Virus record (IMG/VR): IMGVR_UViG_3300035419_000202
Location: 17,596 to 81,595 of that record
From: a virus
Taxonomy: Duplodnaviria > Caudoviricetes
Reading direction: 5' to 3' (one strand)
DNA: 64,000 bases
Below the pieces are notes generated by a model. That model saw only the letters and a program-made list of their open reading frames with translations, was not told the origin of the DNA and made no database searches. A program made the translations under genes and the position numbers. The first letter of the stretch is position 1, and every line of letters begins with the position of its first letter. Of this stretch, positions 48,008-55,518 are shown piece by piece.

Positions 48008-48403
48008 TTAAGATACTTCTGATTTGCCTTTATCGATAGGTACTACGTTAATATACCCTGCTTCTGCTTTAGGATCTTGTCCTTCTTCTTGAAGCATTTG
48101 GCTAACAATAGTTCTAAACCACTGGTCAACAATCTGTTCGTTTGATTCGCCTTGATATCCTGCATCAAGAAGCTCTTCAATAAATTCATTGTTCCAATCT
48201 AGTTCAAAGAATCCATTTCGAATGTTGTCTTTGTTAACCTGAGTATCTAATACAGCAACCCAAGGTTCGCCTGCTTTAGTAGCGGCAGCCTTTTCTGCAT
48301 CAAGTGCCGCACGTCTAACTTCTTCCGAAGTAGGTTCTTTTACAGGCTCATCAATTTTCTTTTTGATTCCTGCATCTCTTACAAGTTTATTCCACCAACT
48401 CAT
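48008..48403 (-). CDS. Hypothetical protein, 131 aa
   Basis: AGGAG RBS. Confidence 0.65.
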   Translation of the reverse strand: MSWWNKLVRDAGIKKKIDEPVKEPTSEEVRRAALDAEKAAATKAGEPWVAVLDTQVNKDNIRNGFFELDWNNEFIEELLDAGYQGESNEQIVDQWFRTIVSQMLQEEGQDPKAEAGYINVVPIDKGKSEVS

Positions 48404-48507
48404 AGTCCTGCTCTCCTTACACGTTTTTCTAAATCACCACCGTCATCAATTGGTGCTGTCATAGCTCGTTCGTGTTGTTCATTTTTGTATCTAGGTTCCC
48501 CATGCAT
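48400..48507 (-). CDS. Possible 35-aa peptide (MHGEPRY...RAGL)
   Basis: Fills the gap after queE; its stop overlaps the next ATG (ATGA coupling). Confidence 0.3.
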   Translation of the reverse strand: MHGEPRYKNEQHERAMTAPIDDGGDLEKRVRRAGL

Positions 48508-49378
48508 TACCGAATAAGTCGATATGTAATCGTGGTGTGAACCGCCATCCTTTTTCCATACAGAGCTCAGCCACCTCTTGAATGTTGAGCTTGTATTCTT
48601 CACTGCGTCCGCCCAGCGGCATACAATATACCGGACATTGTATCCCGGCGTCTCTATAACTCGCCACAGCTCTACCAGCTTCAGCAACGTCAGTTTCGTC
48701 AGCGACAACAAACTTAAAATAAAGGTCACTATTAGAAACACTGAAATACTCACTAGCAATATCAGGCATAATAGCATCCTCCCAGCGTTCTCCGCTAACT
48801 GAAAGTTTTGGGGAACAACTCCAAGTGACTTTAAATCTGTCTTGATTGTTGAGATAGTCTCTAAAATCAGGTCGTAACTTTTGTGTAGTATTTGTTTCAA
48901 ATGTAACATTTTTCAAGTCCTGCATACGCGGGTGTTCTAATAATTCAGCATAGAATCTTTGCCACCCTAACAAAGGTTCACCGCCAGTGAAAATCAAGTG
49001 GACATCCTGTCCACTATCCATTGTCCACTTACCTTCTGGAGTAAGACTTAACAAGTGCTCTACAACTTCATCTACAGTTCTATCCATCATAAACTTTTTA
49101 AACTCTGGATAGATACTTGCATATGTATCACAACCTGTATGTATTACAGGTAAGTCTTCAAACTTTTCAACAGTACTTATGATATTGCTATCTAGTAACT
49201 TTTTAACTTCTGGATTGTGTTTTACACCATCTGCTCTTGCAGGTGTGCCTCTTTCTAATCCAAAGTTCATGCATCGAAAGTTGCAACCAAATGTACGCAG
49301 GAATACACTAGGTACACCTACAAACTTACCTTCACCTTGCACACTATAAAATGCTTCACTATACCGTAACTTCATCAT
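48491..49378 (-). CDS. queE: 7-carboxy-7-deazaguanine synthase (radical SAM)
   Basis: GGAGG RBS; EAFYSVQGEG...VFLRTFGCNFRC...GCDT, FTGGEPLL, ETN, SPKLS, RLHIDLFGN. Confidence 0.9.
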   Translation of the reverse strand: MMKLRYSEAFYSVQGEGKFVGVPSVFLRTFGCNFRCMNFGLERGTPARADGVKHNPEVKKLLDSNIISTVEKFEDLPVIHTGCDTYASIYPEFKKFMMDRTVDEVVEHLLSLTPEGKWTMDSGQDVHLIFTGGEPLLGWQRFYAELLEHPRMQDLKNVTFETNTTQKLRPDFRDYLNNQDRFKVTWSCSPKLSVSGERWEDAIMPDIASEYFSVSNSDLYFKFVVADETDVAEAGRAVASYRDAGIQCPVYCMPLGGRSEEYKLNIQEVAELCMEKGWRFTPRLHIDLFGNAWGT

Positions 49379-49604
49379 TGACCTCCTCAATGTCTCCGAC
49401 ATCTTGGAACGGAACAACAATAGTCCAATTCTTTTCGATGTCGCGAACTTCGTAAAGTTCTTGTTTAGAGTCCTGTGTTAAAACTTCACACTCGCGTTCT
49501 AACACTTTAAATCCTGCAATAGGTAAGTCAGCCATACTATACATACCACCTGGCCTGCCAAAACTATCTACAGGGAATTTATATTTGTAAGTTGAAATAA
49601 ACAT
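49359..49604 (-). CDS. Hypothetical protein, 81 aa
   Basis: TAATG-type coupling to folE; lies between folE and queE. Confidence 0.55.
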   Translation of the reverse strand: MFISTYKYKFPVDSFGRPGGMYSMADLPIAGFKVLERECEVLTQDSKQELYEVRDIEKNWTIVVPFQDVGDIEEVNDEVTV

Positions 49605-50293
49605 TATCTATCACACGCATATGATTGTTGTAGTTTAATATTATCCATAAACTCTTTCTTTGTTCCTGCGTCATCTTTAAATGCGCCTTTCAATACAGTT
49701 GTCTGTGTTAGCGAACTGTGTGCCTTAACACCTCTGTTTTCAACACAACCGTGTGTTGCTTGTACATAAACACCCAAGTGTTCAGCACCTGTTGCTTTCT
49801 GAATCTCTCTGACAATATCGTTAGCAAGTTCTTCTTGTAATGTACCTCGCATAGCACACCATTGTGCAATACGTGTATACTTGCTTAGTCCAATTAGTTT
49901 GTCTGATGCAATAATACCAATGTATGCTACACCTCTAACAATCTGGTGATGATGTGAACACATACTTGTGAGCTCACTTCTCACAACAAGCATACCTTCA
50001 TAACGATCATCGCTATCATTAGGAAATGCTGTTGCCGCAGGCATTGCTTCATAACGTCCTGCCATTAGCTCATTGATATACATCTTTGCAAGACGTTTAC
50101 CTGTGCCGTTACTATTAGGATCGTTTTCTGTATCTATTACAAGACCTTGTAATACGTCTTCAAACTTAACAGCAAGCTCATCAATTAAGATTTGTTTTTC
50201 GCCGTCTTTAATATAGTCTGAAATGTTGTCGCCTGCCCAGAAGCGTTTGTTTGCTTGTTGCAAACGGGCTTTTATCTCTTTGGATTTATCCAT
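49604..50293 (-). CDS. folE: GTP cyclohydrolase I
   Basis: SMCSHH, GLSKYTRI, LQEEL, HGCVENRG zinc-site motifs. Confidence 0.95.
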   Translation of the reverse strand: MDKSKEIKARLQQANKRFWAGDNISDYIKDGEKQILIDELAVKFEDVLQGLVIDTENDPNSNGTGKRLAKMYINELMAGRYEAMPAATAFPNDSDDRYEGMLVVRSELTSMCSHHHQIVRGVAYIGIIASDKLIGLSKYTRIAQWCAMRGTLQEELANDIVREIQKATGAEHLGVYVQATHGCVENRGVKAHSSLTQTTVLKGAFKDDAGTKKEFMDNIKLQQSYACDR

Positions 50294-50358
50294 TCTTTTA
50301 TTCTCCGATGTTTAGGCAGTGGATTGCCGTTAATAATACAATGCACAATATAAGTTAT

Positions 50359-50387
50359 ATTATACATTGTATTTAGGTTTTTGTCAA
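50359..50387 (-). promoter_or_regulatory. sigma70-type promoter with embedded TAAATA
   Basis: TTGACA - 17 nt (aaaaccTAAATAcaatg) - TATAAT upstream of folE. Confidence 0.8.
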
Positions 50388-50392
50388 GTATA

Positions 50393-50599
50393 TTAAACAA
50401 AATATGTGTTTAACATATCAAGACGGTCATGTGCTGTAGCCATTGCATCTAATTCTTTTTGTATCGTTTCGATAATATCAGAATGCTCGCCAATACCTAC
50501 AACCTTTTGCATGTATACTTCAATGTTAGTCTTATGCAATTCTATCTCCGCTTCAGCGTGTAGTCTTGCCGCTTTAATCATTTGTTCCTTCAAGTCCAT
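50393..50599 (-). CDS. Small conserved-type phage protein, 68 aa
   Basis: AAGGA RBS; VGIGEHSDI motif recalled from small T4-like phage proteins. Confidence 0.65.
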   Translation of the reverse strand: MDLKEQMIKAARLHAEAEIELHKTNIEVYMQKVVGIGEHSDIIETIQKELDAMATAHDRLDMLNTYFV

Positions 50600-50610
50600 A
50601 GTTCCTTTCC

Positions 50611-50985
50611 TTAGTATTTTTGTTTAGATGGAATGACGCCTCTTACGCCACCTTTCGGATCTTCCATGTCTCCATCACGACGGAAGATTAAATGTACATG
50701 TGGGTACATAACTGTTTGTCCTGCACTTACACCTATATTTAGACCAATATTATAACCTGTTACATTATTCTTGGTTGTTGTAACATTGTCGTTACCCATT
50801 GACATAGCAAACTTAAAACATTTTTCTACACATTCCATAACGTTTACTTTAGGTACAACAAGTAAGTGACCTTCAGTAACTGGATACTTATCTTCGTATA
50901 CTACAAAGTCTCTAGTATCCAAGTATACGTTATCCCATGGTGCTCTGCCATCTTGCTGAGCTTGTTCTAAATTATCAAGCGTCAT
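50611..50985 (-). CDS. HIT family nucleotide hydrolase
   Basis: DKYPVTEGHLLVVPK, YNIGLN.G..AGQTV, HVHLI. Confidence 0.9.
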   Translation of the reverse strand: MTLDNLEQAQQDGRAPWDNVYLDTRDFVVYEDKYPVTEGHLLVVPKVNVMECVEKCFKFAMSMGNDNVTTTKNNVTGYNIGLNIGVSAGQTVMYPHVHLIFRRDGDMEDPKGGVRGVIPSKQKY

Positions 50986-51532
50986 ACTTACCTACTATTT
51001 CCCAAGGGTAAACTAACCAAACATCTTCTTCTGCTTTGTTAACTTCGTGTGCTGAATAATCAATACCGTCAAAATTACTAGAAAGGTTTTCAGTTAGTGT
51101 AGCAAATCTTACATTTTTATTCCACACAGTATTCCAACTACTTTCGTTAGGTAAACAACTTGCCTGCCAATCTTGTTTGATCCACTCAAGTGTTGCACCT
51201 GTATCATTAATATCGTCTACAATTAAAATATTTTTACGTTTGTTAACGTCCCAACGGCTTTTAGTTACAGCACGTTCTTCTTCGTCAACGTAACCAAACG
51301 CATCACTAGACATCCAACAGTTGCTTTCCTGATGACTATCGCCGTCACGTAATGCTACTTTAAGTGCTTCACAACGAACGCCTAACATATGCGACAGTAT
51401 TGTAGCAGGCACATTACCACCACGTGTAATACCTACAATATAGTCTGGCTTCCAGTTATCTTTCTGCATCTGCATTGCAATATCAATACACATTTTTTCA
51501 ACATGTCCCCATGTGTAATAATGTTTCTTCAT
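50975..51532 (-). CDS. Type I phosphoribosyltransferase (purine PRT-like)
   Basis: IVGITRGG, ILIVDDINDTGATL PRPP loop, WLVYPWE. Confidence 0.9.
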   Translation of the reverse strand: MKKHYYTWGHVEKMCIDIAMQMQKDNWKPDYIVGITRGGNVPATILSHMLGVRCEALKVALRDGDSHQESNCWMSSDAFGYVDEEERAVTKSRWDVNKRKNILIVDDINDTGATLEWIKQDWQASCLPNESSWNTVWNKNVRFATLTENLSSNFDGIDYSAHEVNKAEEDVWLVYPWEIVGKYDA

Positions 51533-51798
51533 TTATTATTCCTTTTGTATTCGTCGAGTAGTTTTTCACCACTAAGTTCTTTACCAAAAATCCGTACAGT
51601 GTTATCTTTTAGTGTACGTTTTATTGTACCGTTGTTGTATTCAACATCCATTACCATACCCATATCTGAATCTTCAGGATGAGTATCATACCACATACTT
51701 TTCAAACTATGAAAGTGCAAACTTTTTACACCCGTTGCCCATTTTTCTGCTGCTAACAAATCTCTTTGCCTTTCTACTACGTCATTATACTGACTCAT
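51529..51798 (-). CDS. Hypothetical protein, 89 aa
   Basis: AGGAG RBS; ATGA overlap with the PRT gene. Confidence 0.6.
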   Translation of the reverse strand: MSQYNDVVERQRDLLAAEKWATGVKSLHFHSLKSMWYDTHPEDSDMGMVMDVEYNNGTIKRTLKDNTVRIFGKELSGEKLLDEYKRNNK

Positions 51799-51801
51799 AA
51801 A

Positions 51802-52266
51802 TTACTCCTTAGCGAGGTAGTCTACGCTATTTTGCCATCTATAACCAATGCCTTGTACAAAAGGTACAAAGCCCCATTCTTTTGCTTTTTTGCCCATATA
51901 GAATAAACTCCAACATGGTATTTCATTACCGTCTTTGTCTTTTTCTAAAGTCAAAAAATGTAAGTCATTTGACTTACGAAATCTAAAGTGTCCTGGCCCA
52001 CGCCAAATACCACGTGATCCTACTATAGCACCTTCTCTACTAACAACAGGAACATTCTCCCAATAACCGCCTTTGAGTATAAGTGTCGCATAACTCCAAG
52101 GATGGTCATGTAAAACAGCTTCGTCGCTTTTTAAGACTTTGTGTAGTGTGACATTGAACGGAAAGTTCTTTCTGTCCTTTAGGAACAAGTACCAACGAAC
52201 CAAGTAAGGCTCGTTACTATTTCTATCTTTAATTACACGTTTACGACCTTTTAAAAAACCAAACAT
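51802..52266 (-). CDS. Cupin-like phage protein
   Basis: LHKVLKSD...LHDHPW...LILKGGYWE...H. Confidence 0.65.
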   Translation of the reverse strand: MFGFLKGRKRVIKDRNSNEPYLVRWYLFLKDRKNFPFNVTLHKVLKSDEAVLHDHPWSYATLILKGGYWENVPVVSREGAIVGSRGIWRGPGHFRFRKSNDLHFLTLEKDKDGNEIPCWSLFYMGKKAKEWGFVPFVQGIGYRWQNSVDYLAKE

Positions 52267-52309
52267 TATGCTGAGTCCTTTAGAGCTTCAAAAGTTTCAA
52301 TCTTTGCTA
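52266..52309. repeat. 44-bp perfect direct repeat, copy 1
   Basis: ttatgctgagtcctttagagcttcaaaagtttcaatctttgcta, identical to 52621..52664. Confidence 0.95.
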
Positions 52310-52320
52310 TTCCAAGTACC

Positions 52321-52590
52321 TTAAGCGTCATATTTAATCCTATAGAATGTTTCGTGCTTGTCTTCTAGTTCAAAGCCTACCACATGTGTTGTCATAAATT
52401 TTGGACTGTCGTAATATTGCTCTAGCACTTCTACTGATAAAGCATTGTCTGCTAGATATTTGAACCAATCCATAGTTTCGTAAGCATTTTCTAGTACAGC
52501 ATCTAAATCTTTACACCTAACTGAAAACGTGTTATCCATAGCACTGGTCATGCCGCCATTTGTGTCGAATGGTACTTTAACCACACCCAT
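52321..52590 (-). CDS. Hypothetical protein, 89 aa, between the direct repeats
   Basis: GGGGAG RBS; no recognisable motif. Confidence 0.55.
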   Translation of the reverse strand: MGVVKVPFDTNGGMTSAMDNTFSVRCKDLDAVLENAYETMDWFKYLADNALSVEVLEQYYDSPKFMTTHVVGFELEDKHETFYRIKYDA

Positions 52591-52620
52591 TTATAGTTTC
52601 TCCCCGTGATTCATTGGCAT

Positions 52621-52664
52621 TTATGCTGAGTCCTTTAGAGCTTCAAAAGTTTCAATCTTTGCTA
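52621..52664. repeat. 44-bp perfect direct repeat, copy 2 (3' end of the upstream gene)
   Basis: Encodes the C-terminus (A)KIETFEALKDSA* on the - strand. Confidence 0.95.
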
Positions 52665-53004
52665 GTTCACGTTCGTATGCTTCAGCCGCACGTTTTAGAC
52701 CCTTGTATTTTTCTTCTTTCTCAAGGTCTCTACTAACTACACCTAGTACACGTTGCATATCTGCAATACTTTGCATAACGTCTACGCCATTTACATTTAA
52801 ACTACCTTGAATGTCAACATTGCTATTGCCACTAGTAGTATAAATTGATGTAGGGCCAGTAGTAAAACTATCATCCCATCTACTTGTATCTATAGTAATA
52901 GTACCGCTAGTATTATAACTTCCTGTTGTAGGACTAGAAAAAGTAAAGTTATCACTACTACTAGAACCTAGATCAAAAGTATATGTATTACCATTATCGT
53001 TCAT
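52621..53004 (-). CDS. Hypothetical protein (probable start MNDNG at 53004)
   Basis: Ser/Thr-rich N-terminus and coiled-coil C-terminus; the longer ORF-track start overlaps the GT gene. Confidence 0.6.
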   Translation of the reverse strand: MNDNGNTYTFDLGSSSSDNFTFSSPTTGSYNTSGTITIDTSRWDDSFTTGPTSIYTTSGNSNVDIQGSLNVNGVDVMQSIADMQRVLGVVSRDLEKEEKYKGLKRAAEAYERELAKIETFEALKDSA

Positions 53005-54055
53005 CTTTAAGTCTTTCATATAATGCACTGCCACTAAAAAAGTCTTTGTTAAGGATTTTACGTTGTTTTTCCAAACTAACCAAATAGTCGGAATAATTTT
53101 CCATGTAGTCACGTATCTTTGCAACAACTTCGCCTCTATGCTTTCTATATGCGGTATAGTCTTCAGTCCATTTGCTAGGATATAAAAACTCTTGCACGGA
53201 CATTTCACTATAGCTCAGTCTATCTGGTACCATAGGAATAGCATCAACTAACGCTCCTTCGTACCAACTAATACCTAATGTTTCTTGTAGGTTAGCACTA
53301 AACACCATTTTTGCTTCACCTAATAAGTTGTGATATTCATTCTTTGTAAGATCACGTTCTTGGCACACAACAAACTCGTATTCAGGTAGTTGTTGTGCTA
53401 AGTCGTGGAATATATCAACTTGTTTTTCAGGAGCAACTCTGTGTGGGAAAAGTATAAGGTTACGTTTTTCCATACCCTTATAACTGTCTAAACTATTCTT
53501 TAGATACTCCATAGGCCAACCAACACGACTTATTCTATCAGTGTCAATTTGATAATCTTCACCTAGTGTTTCTACAAACATATCAATATGGAAGTCAGTT
53601 GCAAAGAAGTTATCATCATAACATTCAAACATTGACATTTCGGCATGTCTTACCCAAGGTTTATTTCCTATAAGTCTACCTAAGAAATCTTGAGGATCAT
53701 AAGACCCTGCATGCCACAAACCACCAATACAAATATCAACACCTAACAGTTCTGCCATATAACGAAGTTGTATAACAGTAGGATTCCAAGCGTCAGTATA
53801 TAAGAAATAATCACCATCGTTAACAGTACCGTTACAAAACATTTCTCCTATTTGCTCGAGCTGTTTTGATTTGTACACATTGGTGCCACCAAAGTTAAGG
53901 AATGCCCCAGGTGTTGTTGCCTGAGGCGTATCCCCGCCACTAATAACATTTACTTTTTCATTTGTAGACTTCAACAGTTGACGTGGAAGATAATCTTTCC
54001 ACTGCTTAGTATAGCGTGTGTCTACGGCTTCAATATCTACAATATGAATAGTCAT
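52994..54055 (-). CDS. GT-B fold glycosyltransferase (GT4-like) in the deazaguanine region
   Basis: LFPHRVAPEKQ, YHNLLGEAKMVFS...QETLGISWYEG (ExFG-like), PMVPDRLSYSE. Confidence 0.75.
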   Translation of the reverse strand: MTIHIVDIEAVDTRYTKQWKDYLPRQLLKSTNEKVNVISGGDTPQATTPGAFLNFGGTNVYKSKQLEQIGEMFCNGTVNDGDYFLYTDAWNPTVIQLRYMAELLGVDICIGGLWHAGSYDPQDFLGRLIGNKPWVRHAEMSMFECYDDNFFATDFHIDMFVETLGEDYQIDTDRISRVGWPMEYLKNSLDSYKGMEKRNLILFPHRVAPEKQVDIFHDLAQQLPEYEFVVCQERDLTKNEYHNLLGEAKMVFSANLQETLGISWYEGALVDAIPMVPDRLSYSEMSVQEFLYPSKWTEDYTAYRKHRGEVVAKIRDYMENYSDYLVSLEKQRKILNKDFFSGSALYERLKDER

Positions 54056-54285
54056 TAGTTTCTCCGTTTGTTATAGTTTTTACCAAGTTGGCGATTCTTC
54101 GCCTTAAGGTGGTTAACATGACGCTGGTATGAGCGCCATACGTAAGATCGTTCGTTATACAAATCTTTTTCATTGTATACGAAAGCCACGTTTTTAGCAT
54201 CGCCAACGAAGCGACAGAAGTCTTTAAAATTTTCCAAGTCACGAAAAATTTTGTCGTAAGCGGGCTTATTAAACTTGATTGCCAT
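54055..54285 (-). CDS. Hypothetical basic protein, 76 aa
   Basis: GAGG RBS; TAATG coupling to the GT gene. Confidence 0.6.
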   Translation of the reverse strand: MAIKFNKPAYDKIFRDLENFKDFCRFVGDAKNVAFVYNEKDLYNERSYVWRSYQRHVNHLKAKNRQLGKNYNKRRN

Positions 54286-54312
54286 TTTTTAATATCCTCT
54301 ATTAATAGCACT

Positions 54313-54783
54313 TTATGATTTAGGGTTGGGGTAGTAAATTACACAGCCGTTTTCATTGTCTTCAGCGACACTAATCTCTACAAATCGGCCAGGGAACTTT
54401 GTAGAAATTTCTTTATATAAGTCATCTGCAATCATCTCGCAAGACTTATAATCTAGAACGAGCACTTCACCGTCGGAAGAAGCACTATAGAGTCTTTCCA
54501 TCCATCTTTTGAATTGGATGAACTCGATGTCTCTATCGTTGTGGAACACTTCGATACGCACCCGGAAGTGGAAAATATGACGATGAGGCACAGCAAGAAA
54601 CGACACATCGTCCCAATCGCCTGTTGCAAGTTTTGGATCACTATCTGCTCCTGGATACTTATGGATGCCTTCTTTAGTAAAGGTTACCCATATACTTCTA
54701 GTAGCATTATTTATTGGATCATTCATCTTATTATTTTCCTCTCTTGTTCTACGTAACATGTAGTCATAATATCGTTCTTGCAT
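54313..54783 (-). CDS. QueD-like T-fold protein with LxxxHRHxF motif (DpdL-like); start at 54783 or 54726
   Basis: EGIHKYP, LAVPHRHIFHF, DRDIEFIQFK, SCEMIA, EDNENG; lacks the CxxxHGH of canonical QueD. Confidence 0.7.
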   Translation of the reverse strand: MQERYYDYMLRRTREENNKMNDPINNATRSIWVTFTKEGIHKYPGADSDPKLATGDWDDVSFLAVPHRHIFHFRVRIEVFHNDRDIEFIQFKRWMERLYSASSDGEVLVLDYKSCEMIADDLYKEISTKFPGRFVEISVAEDNENGCVIYYPNPKS

Positions 54784-54790
54784 TGTATTA

Positions 54791-54819
54791 AGTATACTTT
54801 CATTACAAAGGTTTGTCAA
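54791..54819 (-). promoter_or_regulatory. sigma70-type promoter
   Basis: TTGACA - 17 nt - TATACT, inside the 3' end of the upstream gene. Confidence 0.7.
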
Positions 54820-55321
54820 GTGAATATTTGGCCCAATCCGTAAACTTTTCACTATCCATTAAATCGTGGAGTCTATGACACCACACACCGGGATTGGTTG
54901 CTTTAAAATCTTTGTCATCAATTTTAATCATTGTATTGTAGTTCCACTGTTTAATATAAGGAACTACTACACGTATTTGTGGAATAAAGTAATCTGTTTC
55001 AACAAGTCCGCCATCTAAAAACCATTCCATATTAATTGTACTTGGTATGTCCAAACTACATAATATTTCCTGATCAGTAAATGCACGTATCATTAGTTCC
55101 CAGTCTTCAAAGTCATCTGAAGTTACAGGATTGTAACTATGATTAGCACCAAAGAAGATATGTTCACACTGTTCATCTGTATAGTGTTTCATTATTGTAT
55201 TATAGTCTTGTTTGCCTGTAACAAACAATGTTTTCATTCCTAATGCAGGAGTCTTTTCAACTTCTACACCTGTAAAGAATGTAATACTATCTGCTATGCC
55301 TGTATCATAATCTCTTTTCAT
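54803..55321 (-). CDS. Uncharacterised protein in the deazaguanine region, 172 aa
   Basis: ATGA-coupled, between the DpdA-like and QueD-like genes; FTGVEVE.T, HIFFGANHS, GVWCH. Confidence 0.65.
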   Translation of the reverse strand: MKRDYDTGIADSITFFTGVEVEKTPALGMKTLFVTGKQDYNTIMKHYTDEQCEHIFFGANHSYNPVTSDDFEDWELMIRAFTDQEILCSLDIPSTINMEWFLDGGLVETDYFIPQIRVVVPYIKQWNYNTMIKIDDKDFKATNPGVWCHRLHDLMDSEKFTDWAKYSLDKPL

Positions 55322-55518
55322 AATGTTTTTAACCTTGTTTCTAATCTGTGGATTTCGTCTTTATACCAAAGTTTTTTTGTTTTAAGCCTGTTAATAGAAC
55401 TATCACTTGCAAAAGTATTATACATTAATTTTATTTCTTCGTCAAGTTTTCTATGCTTCTTGTATAGCTCTTGTAAATAGCCTGCAATTTTATTGTGTTC
55501 ATCTGTGAAGTTGCTCAT
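55318..55518 (-). CDS. DUF465/YdcH-like small coiled-coil protein
   Basis: KHRKLDEEI...LKTKKLWYKDEI. Confidence 0.7.
   Translation of the reverse strand: MSNFTDEHNKIAGYLQELYKKHRKLDEEIKLMYNTFASDSSINRLKTKKLWYKDEIHRLETRLKTL

Noticed and set aside
48400-48909. 169-aa alternative-frame ORF overlapping queE
   Set aside because: It lies almost wholly inside queE on the same strand and reads like off-frame sequence; only its last 35 codons are kept as a possible peptide
50294-50352. preQ1 riboswitch in the folE leader
   Set aside because: Only a short GGCA-N6-TGCC hairpin is present; the preQ1-I loop and A-rich tail consensus is not evident (an Rfam/Infernal search would settle it)
52591-52620. 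9-codon ORF MPMNHGEKL between the repeat and the inserted gene
   Set aside because: Too short to support; it mainly carries the GGGGAG RBS of the 89-aa ORF
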